Assembly (NCBI GenBank): GCA_038320275.1 | Contig: JBBQEB010000122.1 | Span: 1 to 11,686 of the forward strand | Length of the DNA stretch: 11,686 bases | Direction: 5' to 3' | From: Myxococcales bacterium | GTDB taxonomy: Bacteria > Myxococcota > Myxococcia > Myxococcales > Anaeromyxobacteraceae | In this document: piece after piece, positions 8,860-11,686 of the stretch | How positions within the stretch are numbered: the stretch's first letter is position 1 | How the letters are laid out: the number at the start of each line of letters is the position of its first letter | The notes under the pieces: generated by a model | The model's database searches: none | What the model was told of the DNA's origin: nothing | The model's input: only the letters and a program-made list of their open reading frames with translations | Program-made: the position numbers and the translations under genes

Positions 8860-8885
8860 TGACCGGCCGCGTTAGGTTCCGGTCA
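8860..8885 (+). promoter_or_regulatory. Leaderless-type -10 box flanked by a 7-bp inverted repeat
   Basis: TGACCGG-ccgcgtTAGGTT-CCGGTCA; TAGGTT (8873-8878) lies 6 nt before ATG 8885, with no SD. Confidence 0.45.
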
Positions 8886-9949
8886 TGGCCCAAAGCTCGC
8901 GCCCGGACACGATCGCCCTCCACGCCGACGAAGGCGTTGAGCGGACCGCCGACGTCGCGCCGCCGCTTCACCTCACGACCACCTACGCAGCGGAGAACGC
9001 AGACGGGCTCGTCTATGCCCGCAGCGAGCACCCCACGCGCGCCAGGCTGGAAGCGGTGCTGGGGGCACTGGAGGGTGGGCACGCGGTCGTCTATGCCTCC
9101 GGGCAGGCAGCCACCACCGCGGCGCTGTTGCACGTCCGCCCCCGCCGCGTCGCCATCCGCAGAGGCGGCTACCACGGCACCCAGGCCGCAGTGGACGCGC
9201 TGAAGCCGTTCGGCATCGAGAAGATCCCGCTCGCCGCGGAGCTCCGCGAGGGGGACCTCGTCTGGCTGGAGACCCCTCGCAACCCCACCTGCGAGATCGA
9301 GGACATCGCGGCGCACGCGGCGCGGGCGCGAGCCGCCGGAGCGCGGCTGGCGGTCGACTCCACCTTCGCCACTCCGGTGCTGCAGCTCCCGCTCTCGCTG
9401 GGCGCTCACCTCGTCATGCACTCCTCCACGAAGTTCCTGTCCGGCCATTCCGACGCGCTGGGCGGTGTGCTGGCGGTGGCCGGCGAGGAGGAGGCAAGAG
9501 CGCTCCGCGCCGAGCGGACCGTGACAGGCGCGGTGCCGGGGGCGCTGGAGGTCTGGCTCACCTTGCGCGGGGTGCGCACGCTCGGACTGCGCGTCCGGCA
9601 CCAGGGCGCGACGGCGGCGCGGCTGGCGGCCTGGCTCGCGACCCGGCCCGAGGTCGCGCGCGTCTGGCACCCCTCGCTGCCCTCCCACCCCAACCACGAG
9701 GTCGCGTCGCGCCAGCTCCGCGGCCCGCCGGCGGTGATGGCGGTGGAGCTCGCCACCGAGGTCGCGGCGCGAGAGCTGCCCCGCCGGCTGCGCGTCTTCC
9801 GCGACGCGACCTCGCTGGGAGGCGTGGAGTCGCTCGCGGAATGGCGCCGCAAGGTGGATCCCGAGGCGGCGCCGGCCCTGGTCCGACTCTCGGTCGGACT
9901 GGAGGATGCCGAGGATCTGCAGGCGGACCTGGAGCAGGCGCTGCGCTGA
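8885..9949 (+). CDS. Cys/Met metabolism PLP-dependent enzyme (cystathionine gamma-synthase/lyase family)
   Basis: Y.R..HPT, SGQAA, WLETPRNP, VDSTFATP, PLP-lysine motif HSSTKFLSGHSD, SLGGVESL and RLSVGLED. Substrate specificity (metB, metC or mgl type) cannot be resolved from motifs. Confidence 0.93.
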   Translation: MAQSSRPDTIALHADEGVERTADVAPPLHLTTTYAAENADGLVYARSEHPTRARLEAVLGALEGGHAVVYASGQAATTAALLHVRPRRVAIRRGGYHGTQAAVDALKPFGIEKIPLAAELREGDLVWLETPRNPTCEIEDIAAHAARARAAGARLAVDSTFATPVLQLPLSLGAHLVMHSSTKFLSGHSDALGGVLAVAGEEEARALRAERTVTGAVPGALEVWLTLRGVRTLGLRVRHQGATAARLAAWLATRPEVARVWHPSLPSHPNHEVASRQLRGPPAVMAVELATEVAARELPRRLRVFRDATSLGGVESLAEWRRKVDPEAAPALVRLSVGLEDAEDLQADLEQALR

Positions 9950-10145
9950 TCCGGGGCCCGGGCGCCGCAGCCGGCCGCGCCAGACGACGATCGGGATCCG
10001 GAAACACCGGCCGCGAGCTCGAAAGAAATCGCGGCATGATCGGCGACGACGATGCGACGACGAGAAGGCAGAACACGTCCGTCACTCCTGTATGATAGCC
10101 GCCTCGGACCCCGGTCGGCCCGGGGCGGTGCCATCAGGAGGGACT

Positions 10146-11417
10146 GTGTCCGAAAAGGTCGAACGTCTGACGAAGTTCGTCGCCTACGCGACGGCGCTCC
10201 AGGGAGACGAGAAGGGCGAGGCGCAGGTGTTCTGCGACCGCTTGTTCCAGGCGTTCGGACACAGGGGCTACAAGGAGGCCGGAGCGACGCTGGAGTACCG
10301 CGTCAAGGGCAGCAAGCGAACCAAGTTCGCTGACCTCCTGTGGCGCCCGCGCGTGCTCATCGAGATGAAGAGCGCGGGTGAGAAACTCGAGAAGCACTAC
10401 CAGCAGGCATTTGAATACTGGCTCCAGCTGGTTCCTCGCCGCCCGCGGTACGTCGTCCTTTGCAACTTTAGCGACTTCTGGATCTACGACTTCGACGCGC
10501 AGCTTCACGAGCCCGTCGATCGCGTCAGCTTGGAGGAGTTGCCGCAGCGCTATCCGGCGCTGAACTTCCTCTTCCCTGACGACCCCAAGCCGCAGTTCGG
10601 AAACGACCGCGTCGCCGTCACGCGGGCTGCCGCCAGCAAGGTAGCGCGCGTCTTCAACAGCTTGAACGACCGTGGCATCGAACGCGAGCAGGCCCAACGC
10701 TTCGTTCTTCAGTGCGTCGTGGCGCTGTTCTCGGAGGACATCGATCTCCTGCCCCGCGGTCTGTTCACGTCGCTCGTGCAGGACTCGGTGAGCGGAGCGG
10801 ATTCGGCGGAGTTGATCGGCGGCCTTTTCAAGCAGATGAACTCTGACGCCCCGAGAACGACGGGGCGCTACAAGGACGTGCCGTATTTTAACGGCGGCCT
10901 CTACGAGGTCCCGGCGCGCATCACACTGGAGCCGAAGGAACTGGACTGGCTCGTAGACGCGACCACCGAGAACTGGTCGAAGGTGGAGCCTGGCATCTTC
11001 GGCACGCTGTTCCAGGCGTCGATGGACCGGCGCGCTCGGCACACGCATGGCGCGCATTACACGCATGAAGCGGAGATTCAGAGGGCCGTCCTGCCGACGA
11101 TCGTTCGCCCGTGGCAGCGGAAGATCAAAGAGGCCAAGACGCTCAAGGAGCTTCTGGCGCTCCGTCGCGCCCTCTTGGACTTCAGGGTTCTCGACCCTGC
11201 GTGCGGCAGCGGGAACTTTCTCTATCTCGCGTACCGTGAACTTAAGCGGCTGGAACTCAGTCTCGTCGCCAAAGTTCACGATGAGTACGGCTATAAGTCT
11301 AGACGGAAGGCGGTGACGCTGACCGGGATCAGCGCCAAGCAGTTCTTCGGGTTCGACGTGGTCCCCTTCGCGGTGGAACTGGCGAAGGTGACGCTCATGC
11401 TCGGCAAGAAGCTTGCG
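10146..11417 (+). pseudogene. MmeI/YeeA-like type IIG/IIL restriction-modification enzyme, interrupted by an IS
   Basis: SD GGAGGG before GTG 10146; N-terminal nuclease-like motif ADLLW...LIEMKS, then PYFNGGL, IFGTLFQ, GAHYT and SAM-binding motif I VLDPACGSGNFL. Motif IV (NPPF/Y) and the target recognition domain are absent, and similarity stops at LGKKLA where the IS end TGTACCGC begins (11418). GC is lower (32/60 at 10381-10440). Confidence 0.85.
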
Positions 11418-11545
11418 TGTACCGCACCCGGTTCCCTGGACACGAGTTTGACCTACGCGGCGGGGCGTAGGCCGTGTTCCTCGCGAGCGGCGGTCGGGCT
11501 CAGGAAGCCCAACTTCTCCACCAGCCACTCGGCGTTGTAGCGCGC
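11418..11545 (-). mobile_element. Right-end fragment of an IS3-family-like element (terminal IR plus transposase C-terminus)
   Basis: Terminus TGTACCGCACCCGGTTCCCTGGACAC (5'-TG end). Minus-strand 11545-11453 translates as ARYNAEWLVEKLGFLSPTAAREEHGLRPAA*, showing the YN...LG.LSP pattern that ends rve-type transposases. Confidence 0.75.
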
Positions 11546-11552
11546 CCCTCTC

Positions 11553-11686
11553 TGCCAACGTGAGTGAGACAGCCACCCCCCTGAAGTTTAGTGTAGAAGG
11601 GCGAGCTTGGACTTCACCATGAGCAGCACAGAGATTGGGTTGTTGGAGCAGGAGACCGAGGTGACCGCGAAGGCGCGCAGGCGGCA
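11553..11686 (+). mobile_element. Left end of a second, different IS3-family element (runs off the right edge)
   Basis: Putative left IR TGCCAACGTGAGTGAGACA (5'-TG), then an AT-richer promoter-like stretch and an OrfA-like start at 11619. Confidence 0.7.
11619..11686 (+). CDS. IS3-family transposase OrfA, N-terminal fragment (3' partial)
   Basis: Translates as MSSTEIGLLEQETEVTAKARRR...; ETEVxAKAxRR typically precedes the F(T/S)xEYK helix-turn-helix start of OrfA proteins. Only 22 codons are visible. Confidence 0.65.
   Translation, partial: MSSTEIGLLEQETEVTAKARRR

Noticed and set aside
9950..10100. GACGACGA repeats, a possible degraded gene and a TATGAT -10 box (10091-10096)
   Set aside because: The repeats are short and irregular with no spacer periodicity (not CRISPR), no frame is convincing, and the -10 box has no supporting -35, so it was not called.
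9906..11540. Treating the 544-aa ORF as an intact gene
   Set aside because: The first 80 aa overlap the upstream gene and intergenic DNA (the SD supports GTG 10146), and the last 40 aa come from IS sequence.

Overview
GC-rich bacterial window; the gene repertoire and codon usage suggest Myxococcota/Anaeromyxobacter-like DNA, which is an inference. From left to right it holds: the 3' end and right terminus of an IS1182-family element; a minus-strand ParD-like antitoxin plus zeta/COG4185-type P-loop toxin pair with an operator palindrome; a Uup-type ABC-F ATPase; a lower-GC islet encoding a secreted DUF6345-like protein (apparently a truncated or chimeric gene) and a coupled lipoprotein; a DEAD-box RNA helicase with a long structured leader; a 68-aa orphan in frame with a DTW-domain (TapT-like) gene that seems to need a CTG start or stop readthrough; an NYN + OST-HTH/LOTUS protein; a pyridoxamine-5'-phosphate-oxidase-like general stress protein; a Cys/Met PLP enzyme; and an MmeI/YeeA-like type IIG/IIL restriction-modification gene cut off by two adjacent IS3-family ends. 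Several genes look leaderless (-10 box 6-7 nt before the start codon, no SD). I saw no rRNA, tRNA or CRISPR array. Family calls come from recalled motifs, not database searches. The DUF6345/lipoprotein islet and the orphan-DTW junction are the best candidates for new biology, but neither is proven from sequence alone.
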